Positions 36,798 to 45,976 of a stretch of DNA of 64,000 nucleotides are shown here, piece after piece; position 1 is the stretch's first letter; each line of letters starts with the position of its first letter. The DNA lies in IMG/VR virus record IMGVR_UViG_3300001798_000005; one strand, 5' to 3'. The position numbers and the translations under genes were made by a program. The DNA comes from a virus (Duplodnaviria; Heunggongvirae; Uroviricota; Caudoviricetes). Below the pieces are notes generated by a model that worked only from the letters and a program-made list of their open reading frames with translations, did not search any database and was not told the origin of the DNA.

Positions 36798-37574
36798 TTA
36801 AACGACAGGATTCAATTTGTCGTAAAGTTTCACACCCTCATCTGAAAACAGCGCTTTCGTGTAAGCTTGCTCAAAAGTTAGGCTTGGGTTTTTATCAACA
36901 ATTTCTTTCGCCATAGCGGTTAGGCGGTCCTGAGGGGCTTTTTTCTCAACAGAAGCCTTGCCGACTTCCTTAAAGGCAGAACCCAGGGACTCATTGGCGG
37001 ATTTCAAAACCTGAAGGGCGTATTCTTTATTATCGCCATCGAGGCCAGCCAAGGCTTTCAACAGTTGAGCCTTTTGGACTTCATCCCCAGGGAGGTTGGG
37101 GATTTCGGCATTTGCCTGTTTGGCAAATGCATTCAATTCCAGGACTTCCTGTTGGGACTTCAGGGTTTTGGCCATTTCAAGATTTTGTTTCACAACAGCT
37201 TCAAGCTGTTTCTGAATGGTTTCCGAAAGCCCCTCTTTGGCAACTTCAGCGGCCTTGGCCTCAGCGGCCTCCTTGTCGGCGATCGCTTTAGCGACTTCCT
37301 GGGCGGCATCGGCTTGAGATTTGGCGAGTTTGTCCTCAGCGGTTTTTTGATCCGCCTGGGCCTGCTCAAGAGCTTTTTGCATTTCTTCCAAGGTCATTTT
37401 AGGGACTCCCTCATTAAATTCTGCATCTGTTTTAATTTCAGATTCCTCGATCATAGCATCCGAATCACACGATCCGTTTTTTGTCAACAGCATGTTGGCA
37501 AATTGATTTGCTCCAATGGTGACATTTGATACTTCAGTGAGGATCAGCTTGTGACATTTCTTTTTAGCTTTCAT
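36798..37574 (-). CDS. Capsid scaffolding protein
   Basis: L.EVS.V..GANQ.A N-terminus; long Ala/Lys/Glu coiled coil. Confidence 0.7.
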   Translation of the reverse strand: MKAKKKCHKLILTEVSNVTIGANQFANMLLTKNGSCDSDAMIEESEIKTDAEFNEGVPKMTLEEMQKALEQAQADQKTAEDKLAKSQADAAQEVAKAIADKEAAEAKAAEVAKEGLSETIQKQLEAVVKQNLEMAKTLKSQQEVLELNAFAKQANAEIPNLPGDEVQKAQLLKALAGLDGDNKEYALQVLKSANESLGSAFKEVGKASVEKKAPQDRLTAMAKEIVDKNPSLTFEQAYTKALFSDEGVKLYDKLNPVV

Positions 37575-38577
37575 CTAATTTTTCCCATACGGCATTGCCG
37601 CCTATTGAAAACATTTTGAGGTTGCCATCCTTGATGGATTTCCAAACCTCTGAATCGTCAATCTTCACACCAATCAGCCAGCCGACCTTTTTTAGATCAA
37701 TCCCTAAAACCTTCTGAAGCTCTTTAGTGAACATCATCGATTCAACAATGGTTCCGGTGGATTCACCGACGTGCATTGTTTTATTGGATCTGGAGTCCTG
37801 CATGAATTCCACAACCGCATCAGCCAAAACGTCTTCCGGGATGATGTCACCATGTTGGTCGATGACTTCTTTCCCGTCTTTCTCCACCACAGAGGCCCAC
37901 CCATAGACGAGCTGTTTGTCAGTAGCGCCGGTCTTGATGATCTCCCCCTCCATCTTGAGGGTATCGGCCCAGTCGGTCCGGTAGGGCATCACTTCTTCCG
38001 CCTCGAAGGAAAGCTCAAAAGTCGGGAGCTTTACTTTAGAAAGATCAAAATTAAGTCCCACATTATAAGAGACCGTCACATGTGGCTCCCGGTATTCCGC
38101 CCAATCGAAATCCATCCCGAGGGCAATTGCCTTCGTGTTTTGTTCATCTACCTCATGGCAGGGGAAGCTCAAAACCAAGGCCTCACGGTTTGGCCCAACG
38201 AACTTCAGAGAGTAAGGGGGGTATTCGTCATTTAACCCAATCTGTACCCGGATAGGGTTAACGAGCGGTTCATACCCGGCAAAACCATCAGGGGACCTGA
38301 TGACGGTACAGTGAAGGAGTTCAGCCGGGACCGGGTTGGGGATCTTATTCTCTTCCGCCCATCTGGAAAGATTCACCTCAGTGGTGGCGTCGGGTTTCAT
38401 CCATGAATAGATGCCGGCCGATTCCTTCCAGGTCCGTTCAGGAGATAAAAAACCCTGCTTCTCGACGGCGATCCAAGCGGCAAAGGATCGGTGGATCTCC
38501 CCCTGGTTGGGGGCAGCCAGGTAAGCCTTGTAGAAGGCTTCACGGGCTGGCATGTTGGGGATTTGGTTAAAGTCCAT
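37564..38577 (-). CDS. ChaB-like + Acb1-like 2H phosphoesterase + XkdF-like prohead protease fusion
   Basis: AAW.AVEK (ChaB-like); H89-C-T and H166-V-T 2H motifs with NPVP and SYNVG; LVYGWASV...D.HGD...FSIGG (XkdF). Confidence 0.85.
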   Translation of the reverse strand: MDFNQIPNMPAREAFYKAYLAAPNQGEIHRSFAAWIAVEKQGFLSPERTWKESAGIYSWMKPDATTEVNLSRWAEENKIPNPVPAELLHCTVIRSPDGFAGYEPLVNPIRVQIGLNDEYPPYSLKFVGPNREALVLSFPCHEVDEQNTKAIALGMDFDWAEYREPHVTVSYNVGLNFDLSKVKLPTFELSFEAEEVMPYRTDWADTLKMEGEIIKTGATDKQLVYGWASVVEKDGKEVIDQHGDIIPEDVLADAVVEFMQDSRSNKTMHVGESTGTIVESMMFTKELQKVLGIDLKKVGWLIGVKIDDSEVWKSIKDGNLKMFSIGGNAVWEKLDES

Positions 38578-39584
38578 CAGTCACTCAAATAATCAATTTT
38601 GTAAAATACCGTACAGCGGCATTGCACCGTCAGGGCCGCAGGGGCACGGGGATCGCCCGGATATTGGATCAGATATCCCCCAGGGGCCTTGAAGGGTTCC
38701 CGGAGCCCCACCCCGTCGGGGTTCAGAGCCGGAATCCCCCCATGGGCATGCGCGGGTCTGGTTTTCCCATCTTTAGTATAAATCCACAAACGGCGGATCC
38801 GCTTTTCCTCAACCTGGCCCTTCTCTGCCATATCTTCCCAGAGGGCCTGGCCGGACATGCTGAGGGATCGGATCGATTCCGTGCGGGCGATGACTTCAGA
38901 TCTGTACTTCAGATACCGGTCCCGATACCGGGCCGTCATTCGGTCAATCTGTTCACCCTTCAGGGCCTTATCTTTTAAATTCAGAATCGTCCGATCAAAC
39001 CGTTTATCCCGAAGCGCTCTGTTAAGCGCTTCGGATGGCTTGTTGATCAATGCCTGCCGGTAGTTCGATACTGCCCGATCCTGTGATGCCGTCAGGCCAA
39101 TGTGATTTTTTATCTCCCTGGCGGTCTCGATGGGGTTGATCCCACCCTGGAGGGAGCGGGATACAATCTGCTCAATCGTGGTTCGGGTTTCATCCGTCAG
39201 GCCACGGATCAGGGACCTCTTATACTGATCCAGCACCCCGGTCAGTTTTGGGTTTGCCTGATCGAAATAAACATGGGTGTCGACCCGAACGCCCTGCCCG
39301 AATGGATCCCGCGCTTGCGGGAGCGCCGGAACTTCTGCCGCGATAGCCTTCCCGGAAGTAACAAAGCTTTCACTTATCTGCTCCCCAAAGGGCTGAAAGG
39401 CGGCTGAAATGTTGGTTTCACTGATCTCCCCCAGTAGGAGATCCACTCGGCCCCGGCTGAGGAGATCCGTTATCTCAGTTTCCGGGATGACGGCTTGAAG
39501 GCGATCGAGGGAAAGCAAAAATGAGGCCGCCAGTGCTTTCTCATTTGCCGATTGAACGGTCTGGAGGTTCTGGCTTTGGTCCAT
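38577..39584 (-). CDS. Head morphogenesis protein (SPP1 gp7/Mu gpF family)
   Basis: IARTES; W....D..TRPAH; YPGDP.AP...TVQCRCT. Confidence 0.88.
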   Translation of the reverse strand: MDQSQNLQTVQSANEKALAASFLLSLDRLQAVIPETEITDLLSRGRVDLLLGEISETNISAAFQPFGEQISESFVTSGKAIAAEVPALPQARDPFGQGVRVDTHVYFDQANPKLTGVLDQYKRSLIRGLTDETRTTIEQIVSRSLQGGINPIETAREIKNHIGLTASQDRAVSNYRQALINKPSEALNRALRDKRFDRTILNLKDKALKGEQIDRMTARYRDRYLKYRSEVIARTESIRSLSMSGQALWEDMAEKGQVEEKRIRRLWIYTKDGKTRPAHAHGGIPALNPDGVGLREPFKAPGGYLIQYPGDPRAPAALTVQCRCTVFYKIDYLSD

Positions 39585-40974
39585 TTTGTTCCCCTTGTTG
39601 TAGCGCTGGAGGTGTCATCTGGTCCCGATAGGTCATGATGTCTTCCGGTTGAATCTCCTCGGGGAGATCCGCCGCCTGGCGGAGAACCTTTTCAGTCTCG
39701 ATGTCACCGCCAAAGACCATCCCGGCGGAAGCGAGCTTAGAGACGTAATCACCGAGTTCAACCAAATCTTGAGGGGCAATCTGTCCCGGGGTGAAGATCG
39801 GCAAAAAGATCGGATCAAACCCATTGATCCTCCACAACTTCGGCAGGAGATCGCGGTTAATGGTGTCGGCAATCCCCTTGACCATGCCCTCAATGGCCTT
39901 AATGAAAAGCTGAGTCTTTGATTTCGAGAGCGCAAAGGACCCCGCGTCAGTTGAGCCAAGCATGATAAAGTCAGCTAAAAAGGTTGTCGCGATCGCGCGA
40001 TTGTACCGGAGGATAGTGTCATTAGTGTTAATCGCCCGTGAGCCGCCAGAGGTGATAAGGCTGACGTCAACCATTGGGGTGCTGCTCAAACTCCCATCTT
40101 CATTGGACCACAGATCGGAGGGGATCACGATCCCGCCTTGCTCGTTAAACTTCATGTCCCGAGCCATCTTTTTATAAAGCGCCAAGGCGGCGGAATTGAT
40201 CGGATTGGTGATGATCTCCGACGGGATGCGGATAACCGGCAAGCCAGCCAGATCCCGCTCAATCCCGATTGCCTCGGTCCATTCAATATTCTTTTTAAAG
40301 TACCAAGGCCGGTAGCAGTTTCTCAGAAGGGATCGGCCTTCTGGGTTGTCCTTACGGGACGTGGTGCGGAACAGGATAGCCTTCTCCATGGGGATATAGA
40401 TATTAGGGGCGCCATTGGGGTCTTGTTGATAAAATCCCAAGATATCCCCATTGGGTGCCCGTTCCCATCGGTCGATACTTTCTTGACCCCGAGGGGCGAG
40501 TTTGTGGAGGCCGATCCGGCCATCTGAATAATTGCTCGCCGCCATCCCGGCAGCAGGGCTTAACCCGTCCCGGCGCTTATAGACGGTTTCAAAGACCGAA
40601 AATCCAAAAACATTCTGAGTCAAGACCTCTGCCAAGAATTCACTCAAAGGTTGGTCCATATCGGATAAACACTCATCGGTGAACTCCGCATATTCGCCCG
40701 ACGTGTCGGCCCCGCTGGGGCTAGACTTCCAATCGATGGCCTGAATGAGCCGCTCAATTCCGTTCAGGACGGCGCCGATGACGTCATCGTTATCAGCCAT
40801 CTCACGATAAGTCTTTCGGCCACGGTCGCCCTGAAGTTCTGGGACAAATTCCTCCCAGATATACCCATTGGCGATCCTCAGACCCGTAACGCCCATTTGG
40901 GCCGTCGGGTCAATCGGAGGGGTTGCCTCGACCGGTTGGGCTGGCTTTGGTTTAAAGAAAGACATAATATCCAT
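39541..40974 (-). CDS. Portal protein (DUF935/Mu gp29-like)
   Basis: FGFSVFETVY; NPEGRSLLRNCYRPWYFKK; ERDLAGLP; GSFALS. Confidence 0.9.
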   Translation of the reverse strand: MDIMSFFKPKPAQPVEATPPIDPTAQMGVTGLRIANGYIWEEFVPELQGDRGRKTYREMADNDDVIGAVLNGIERLIQAIDWKSSPSGADTSGEYAEFTDECLSDMDQPLSEFLAEVLTQNVFGFSVFETVYKRRDGLSPAAGMAASNYSDGRIGLHKLAPRGQESIDRWERAPNGDILGFYQQDPNGAPNIYIPMEKAILFRTTSRKDNPEGRSLLRNCYRPWYFKKNIEWTEAIGIERDLAGLPVIRIPSEIITNPINSAALALYKKMARDMKFNEQGGIVIPSDLWSNEDGSLSSTPMVDVSLITSGGSRAINTNDTILRYNRAIATTFLADFIMLGSTDAGSFALSKSKTQLFIKAIEGMVKGIADTINRDLLPKLWRINGFDPIFLPIFTPGQIAPQDLVELGDYVSKLASAGMVFGGDIETEKVLRQAADLPEEIQPEDIMTYRDQMTPPALQQGEQNGPKPEPPDRSIGK

Positions 40975-40983
40975 GAATCTATT

Positions 40984-42426
40984 CTATCTCGCGTATGGGT
41001 TGTAATGGGTCAGACCACTCTGGAGATCATTGTCCCGAAGCGCCCTAGGGGCCTGCTGTTCATTCCCGGTCGTGATAGGGCCACAGGTGATCGCTTTTGG
41101 CTGACGGGACCATTTCATGATACGGCTCAAATATTGCGACATCGCGTCAACGTCATCATCATGAGTCACGTTGGGGAAATTGCACCAGTTCGCCACCGTG
41201 GCCTTTACCCATGGCTTGTTCCTGGGGACAAAGACCTTTCCGGCCTCAAAGTACGTTGAGACAAAATTGACCCGTTCGGTCTTGCTCATCCCCATGTTCT
41301 TGCCGGGCATCATGGCGATCACCGGGATGGCGGAATCGGCCCGCATGTCCTGAATGAGCTGTTGCCCTGAGGCCTTATCCTCAATGAGGGCCTCCAGGGC
41401 GGGGTATTGTCTCCATTGGTCCCTGAAGGTCTTCTTAAGCTCCGGGTATGGCATCTTACGCTTAACCTGCTCAACCAGATAATGCCCATTGTCGCACTCG
41501 GCCCAGAGCTGACCGACTGAATAGTCATTCTCCTGTTTTTCCTTGATCGCGGTGTCCCAGGACCACCGGAAAGCCTTCACGGGCGGAAGCTCATCCCAGT
41601 ATTGGATCCATTCCGGTAAGAGGATACCCTTGCCGGGGCTGACATTCCAGTTTCCCCCCAGGAGTTGCTCTCGGTCGATTCTCGGCAGGGCCATCAGGTT
41701 AGCGAGATAGCCGGGATCTTTTTCCATCAGGATCTTATTGTCATAAATGGAGGCCGCGATAAAGGTGAAGGACTTGGGAAGCGTTGGAAGTTCTGGGGTT
41801 GAGGGATACTTTTCCAAAAGTTCTTCAGCAGTGTCGCCCCAGAGGAATTCGTCTTCTCTGACGATGAACCACCGGATTTTACCCGACCGCTCTGGAATCG
41901 GCAGGCCATCTTCGCCGATCCACCAATCAATCAACTCCCTGACAAATGAATCCGAATCAGGGTTGCAGGTGGCCCGGATGTAAGGTTTGACCCCACAGGT
42001 GGAGCGATTCCGAGAAAACATATAGAAGAATTGCCCCCGGGTGAAGTGGGTCAACTCATCGAAACCCATCATGGGCAGCTCAGACCCCTGATAGGACAGC
42101 TTGTCCTTCTCGTGCTCCATATGGGCGAAGGTCACGCTTGCCCCGCTGGGGAAAGTCCACTGAAGCTTGGAGATCAAGGGCTTCCCGCCCAGTTGGGGAA
42201 ACATGGCTTGGCTCTGATCCCAGAGTGAACCTTGTTTTTTGATCTGTGGAGAGGTCCTGCGGAATATGACAGCGCCGAAGTTGGGGTTATCGGTGTTGCG
42301 AAATGACTCAGCGAGAAGGCTCCAGGATTTTCCACCCCCCGCCGCCCCGCCATAAATGGCTACGTCAGCGGATGTTGACAAGAATAACTCCTGCGGGCCT
42401 GGCTGAGGGGACATCTCTATAGTCAA
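40984..42426 (-). CDS. Terminase large subunit
   Basis: GGAAGGGKS; GFDEL; RATCNP; WDTA...DYSV; HDDDVDAMSQ. Confidence 0.95.
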   Translation of the reverse strand: MTIEMSPQPGPQELFLSTSADVAIYGGAAGGGKSWSLLAESFRNTDNPNFGAVIFRRTSPQIKKQGSLWDQSQAMFPQLGGKPLISKLQWTFPSGASVTFAHMEHEKDKLSYQGSELPMMGFDELTHFTRGQFFYMFSRNRSTCGVKPYIRATCNPDSDSFVRELIDWWIGEDGLPIPERSGKIRWFIVREDEFLWGDTAEELLEKYPSTPELPTLPKSFTFIAASIYDNKILMEKDPGYLANLMALPRIDREQLLGGNWNVSPGKGILLPEWIQYWDELPPVKAFRWSWDTAIKEKQENDYSVGQLWAECDNGHYLVEQVKRKMPYPELKKTFRDQWRQYPALEALIEDKASGQQLIQDMRADSAIPVIAMMPGKNMGMSKTERVNFVSTYFEAGKVFVPRNKPWVKATVANWCNFPNVTHDDDVDAMSQYLSRIMKWSRQPKAITCGPITTGNEQQAPRALRDNDLQSGLTHYNPYAR

Positions 42427-42433
42427 AATAGCC

Positions 42434-42601
42434 TCACTTGTTGAGCCTCTGAGATAAGGTTTTTCCAGCTTTAGGCTTCTGTTGTTCAAAAACGCTCGAT
42501 AGTTCCAAGAATTCCTTCAACCCCGGCAAGGTCTTAGCGGGCTCTTCCAGAGCCTTACAGAATTTTTCCCACGCCTCTGCGTCTAACCTTGCCTCGCTCA
42601 C
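42434..42601 (-). CDS. 55-aa protein resembling the DUF1778/TacA C-terminus (not in ORF track)
   Basis: Manual translation MSEARLDAEAWEKFCKALEEPAKTLPGLKEFL...; GTG overlaps the upstream stop. Confidence 0.45.
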   Translation of the reverse strand: MSEARLDAEAWEKFCKALEEPAKTLPGLKEFLELSSVFEQQKPKAGKTLSQRLNK

Positions 42602-42804
42602 AATACCCTCAGATGGCTTTCTTTTTTTTTGTAAAAATCACAATTCCTGACCCCGAAGGCATCGTCAATAAAGACCACCTGGGTCACTAGGGCCTCCAGG
42701 AGGGGGCAGAGAGGCTCCTCCTCTGTTCTTTTTCCGCCATTCGTGCAGGTCCCGCACTGGTCATCTTTTTCGATACAGATTTGGCCATTATCGCCCAAAA
42801 ACAT
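42598..42804 (-). CDS. Small Cys-rich protein
   Basis: C...C..C...C...C..C pattern; coupled to the A1-like gene. Confidence 0.55.
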   Translation of the reverse strand: MFLGDNGQICIEKDDQCGTCTNGGKRTEEEPLCPLLEALVTQVVFIDDAFGVRNCDFYKKKESHLRVL

Positions 42805-44369
42805 CAGCCCCTCCAGCGGTTACCAGAAATGAAAAATATAGTCGTCGCCCCCGAGGGGTACATCCCGACATGAGCTTTGGCCCAAGTACTATAGCCCATG
42901 TTATACCCGAGATTGTATTGACTTGACGTCCCGGCCTGGATGGCTCGGTTCTTCTTTCCTGGTCCGTGGCCGTGGCCCCCTGAGGCGGCCCTGCCGGTCT
43001 TGGCCATCCCGGCCAGACTCCCCCGGGAACCATTGACGCCCTTGTCGAAGTGTTGGTTAAAATCCACCCCAAGGATTTCTACTTTTTCAGATCTGTCATG
43101 AAAGATGACACTTTCGGGATTTCGGATTCGTGATTCCATATAAAGCTTCAGCGGATGGGGGATAGAGATCTCCATTCCCCGGCAGGTGATCCCCTGGAGG
43201 ACTTGAAGATTTAGCTCGTGATAGATCAGGGCATTCTCGGGATCCTGCCTGATATCGGCTTCTTTGAGCCACCGCTGAAGGGCGTCATTGTGGTTTGAGG
43301 GGACGATGTGGTAAATCGTATCGGGTCGATTCAGGCAATCAGAAAAGAAGTCCACCAGCCGGGTAAGCTCATCATCGACTGAATTTAGCCCCCAGTGGTG
43401 CTTGGCGAAGTTCAGATGAACATCCCCCCGGTGGTGGTGATTGGCTGAGAAGAAGTCCAAGACGTCATGATGGAATTCATGCTCGGGGTTCAGGACCTCA
43501 GTGATGGATCCCGCCCCCCAGGTGGCGGCCTTCACGCCTGGATCGATAAAGTCCAAATGGGTATCCCCGCAACTTAACGCCTTGAGGCGATGCTGCCCAG
43601 TAGTGCCATCAGGAGAATAGTAGCTATCAAGATCGTAGAATCCCCCATGGGGGTCGGCCTCAATATTCCTTAACCAGAAGTCTTCTCCATCTCGCTCCAC
43701 CACCACGGCCCCACAGGCATGGCGGGCTGTGGCCTTCATGCCTGCGACTGATTCACTGTAGCGGGATTCCGTCACGGCGCCGGTGGTCATGAAGATCCGG
43801 GGGTTGTCCCCGACAGGGCGGGCGGCGGTTTTAGTCTCGATCGTGGGGTGGCCGATGACAAAGCTCCTCTGGGGGTCCAGGATATCCAGACCCGCCAGGG
43901 GGCTGGCGGCGGTGGCCTGGATGAAGGAATTGCCCATGATAGTCAACAAACCATTCACCTCGAATGAGTCAAGATGGATGTCATCCCGGAGTTCTCTGGC
44001 CCACCAGGTGGCTCCATCCTGCTTGGCCAAGTAGGCGGAAACGTTCTTATACCGGATGGGGATCACGAGGAGCTTTGCCCCCCGGTGCTGGCAGTATTGG
44101 CGCAAGCTGGCCAGAAATGGCTCATTAATGGCGGTATTGTTAATCGCGCAAGTGACGATGAAGATTGATTTTTCATTATTGACAATGGGGGTCTGGACGC
44201 CCGGGGAGCTGAGTCGGGTTTTCTTCTTTATATTTAATTCTGAAATCCAATCGAAAAAAGTAGACTTTGCGACGCCGAGGAGCTTGGCGGCCTTTCTGAC
44301 AGACCCGGCTCTCTCTAGAGCCTCGATGATTTCGCCAGTAGGAGGTTTAGCCGTTTTTGGACTTGACAT
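42804..44369 (-). CDS. T5 A1-like protein (N-terminal HTH plus metallophosphoesterase/nuclease)
   Basis: TCAINNT..N..FLASL; GDTH; HDVLDF..NHH; SNHND.L.RWL; G.NGSRG; GHGH; GYN.G.S.W, as recalled for T5 A1. Confidence 0.75.
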   Translation of the reverse strand: MSSPKTAKPPTGEIIEALERAGSVRKAAKLLGVAKSTFFDWISELNIKKKTRLSSPGVQTPIVNNEKSIFIVTCAINNTAINEPFLASLRQYCQHRGAKLLVIPIRYKNVSAYLAKQDGATWWARELRDDIHLDSFEVNGLLTIMGNSFIQATAASPLAGLDILDPQRSFVIGHPTIETKTAARPVGDNPRIFMTTGAVTESRYSESVAGMKATARHACGAVVVERDGEDFWLRNIEADPHGGFYDLDSYYSPDGTTGQHRLKALSCGDTHLDFIDPGVKAATWGAGSITEVLNPEHEFHHDVLDFFSANHHHRGDVHLNFAKHHWGLNSVDDELTRLVDFFSDCLNRPDTIYHIVPSNHNDALQRWLKEADIRQDPENALIYHELNLQVLQGITCRGMEISIPHPLKLYMESRIRNPESVIFHDRSEKVEILGVDFNQHFDKGVNGSRGSLAGMAKTGRAASGGHGHGPGKKNRAIQAGTSSQYNLGYNMGYSTWAKAHVGMYPSGATTIFFISGNRWRG

Positions 44370-44430
44370 TTAAAATCCTCATGCTACCCATGGCACAATA
44401 GTATCATTTTAAAAACAAACGATCAAAGGA

Positions 44431-44458
44431 TTGACAAATATAGAATGTGATGTAAGAT
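44431..44458 (+). promoter_or_regulatory. Sigma70-type promoter antisense to the late operon
   Basis: TTGACA-N16-TAAGAT. Confidence 0.55.
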
Positions 44459-44464
44459 ATATTT

Positions 44465-44730
44465 AACTGAACGGTTGGTGGGCTGATTAATACCAGTAAG
44501 CCAATCAGTAAATCCTGCTCTTGAGTCGAAAAGGGATCGCCCCGTGCCTTCAGGGGGTATCGTTTCTGAAGGCGCCAGTCTTGGCTGATTGACTCTCGCG
44601 CCGGTTTACGCCGGAATCTGATGAAAGAAGCCGAAGTCCCTTGGCTAGGGGGACTTGATACCCTAGCCACCTTTTACTTTGGCGTCTGGACCTTGTAACT
44701 CCCGACAAGAGTAAATGCCGGCTTTTCTTT
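44465..44730 (+). ncRNA. Structured non-coding RNA candidate
   Basis: Promoter upstream; stems 44546-53/44566-73, 44642-50/44661-69 and long-range 44624-33/44719-30; U-rich end. Confidence 0.45.
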
Positions 44731-44905
44731 ATTCTTCATACCTTGTCCCCCGGCAGGACCGACAGACTATCCAGATCTCCATCCCGGCGGGCCAGTGCTG
44801 AAGCTCCCAGGCCGACAGGAGATCAGCCGGGACACACAAGACCTCAAGGATCTTGCCCCGCCCACCGCAGTCCTGACACCGTCTGGCCTCAACGTTTTTT
44901 CGCAT
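44729..44905 (-). CDS. Small DnaJ-type Zn-finger protein
   Basis: CQDCGGRG...CRSCRGT. Confidence 0.55.
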   Translation of the reverse strand: MRKNVEARRCQDCGGRGKILEVLCVPADLLSAWELQHWPAGMEIWIVCRSCRGTRYEE

Positions 44906-45029
44906 CCTTCTTGGCCTTCTGGTTTGCAACTTTTGCCGCCTTCTTGGCTTTATTGATCGCCTCAGTCCCGTTCGCCTTATAGGCCTTACACTTCTCCTTG
45001 TTCCGGCCCTTTTTCGCATTGCCCGCCAT
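44889..45029 (-). CDS. 46-aa Lys/Ala-rich basic protein (not in ORF track)
   Basis: MAGNAKKGRNKEKCKAYKANGTEAINKAKKAAKVANQKAKKDAKKR. Confidence 0.5.
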   Translation of the reverse strand: MAGNAKKGRNKEKCKAYKANGTEAINKAKKAAKVANQKAKKDAKKR

Positions 45030-45402
45030 TGTTGGATCTCCCATTGTCGGGCAGATACAGGGTTACCCTGGTGGCCCCGTCTCCGCCGGTTTCTGTCACT
45101 TCATGTTTTTCAGACCAGTTAGCCCGGTTCTTCATGTTGAGTTCCCAAACCTTGGTGTTGAAATTTTTGATCTTGCCAAACATGGCATTCATCCCGGCGT
45201 TCTCCATCATTAGAAGATACTCTGCTTCCCCGAACTCTTTTGCCTCGGCGAATTCGGGGACAATTTTCAACCAATTGTGCATTGTCGCCATCTTGACGCG
45301 AATCACAGCGGCGAAGGATGAGAAAGATTTACCTTTCTTCATATGCTCAATGAGCTGTTCCGCATATTCGCGCCTGTAAGTATATGGCTTCGTGGGTGGC
45401 AT
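44986..45402 (-). CDS. Terminase small subunit
   Basis: Y..EYAEQLI.HM..GKSF.SFA..I.V...T...W....PEF.EA; LPDNGR C-terminus. Confidence 0.8.
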   Translation of the reverse strand: MPPTKPYTYRREYAEQLIEHMKKGKSFSSFAAVIRVKMATMHNWLKIVPEFAEAKEFGEAEYLLMMENAGMNAMFGKIKNFNTKVWELNMKNRANWSEKHEVTETGGDGATRVTLYLPDNGRSNNGGQCEKGPEQGEV

Positions 45403-45419
45403 TTTGCCTCCTAGAGAAA

Positions 45420-45437
45420 CGCGGGCCTAAACCCGCG
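45420..45437 (-). terminator. Hairpin/terminator ahead of the terS RBS
   Basis: CGCGGG-N6-CCCGCG followed by TTTCTCT on the minus strand. Confidence 0.45.
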
Positions 45438-45472
45438 AGGAACAACAGTGGAAAGGAAAGGACACAATTCTA

Positions 45473-45784
45473 TTATAAATCCTCGCTGACACTCTGCCAG
45501 CCTTCATCCCAAGCCCGATGCTCACTGCTAGCCTCCGGGTAGGGGTTCCAAACCCTTTGGGCGTTATGTTCGCTTCGGCTGACATAACCTTCCCGGTGGG
45601 CTTTGGCGATCGGGTCGGGGCCGGTGGCCTTGATCTCAGGAGTCTCTTCACCCATGAGCATTTTTTCAAACCCCACCATGGAAACCTGAAAGTCGCCATC
45701 ATCTCTCATCTGGTCCAGGAGGGTGATGATGATGTCTGTGGCGTACATGGTTTTGGGCATTTTTTCAAGATCGGGTTTCATCAT
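45473..45784 (-). CDS. Hypothetical protein with a C-terminal Rmf/CrpP-like motif
   Basis: AHREGY...NPY......RAWDEGW. Confidence 0.5.
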   Translation of the reverse strand: MMKPDLEKMPKTMYATDIIITLLDQMRDDGDFQVSMVGFEKMLMGEETPEIKATGPDPIAKAHREGYVSRSEHNAQRVWNPYPEASSEHRAWDEGWQSVSEDL

Positions 45785-45976
45785 CCATCCTTTCGGGGCC
45801 GACTCATTATAGAGTCAGCTAAAATACTAACATCCTTTTGCATCTCGACCAAGTGCGTCGATAGCTTAATCGCCTGCTTGGTGTGGGGGCCGATCTGTTC
45901 CTCAAGCTCCCTTATTCGGATCAATAGAGCCCCCAGGCGAGACGTCAAAGCCACTAACCAAATAATGACAATCCAC

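Noticed and set aside
44618-44640. CTGATGA...GAA hammerhead ribozyme core
   Set aside because: No stem II followed by GAAA, and no stem III/UH site
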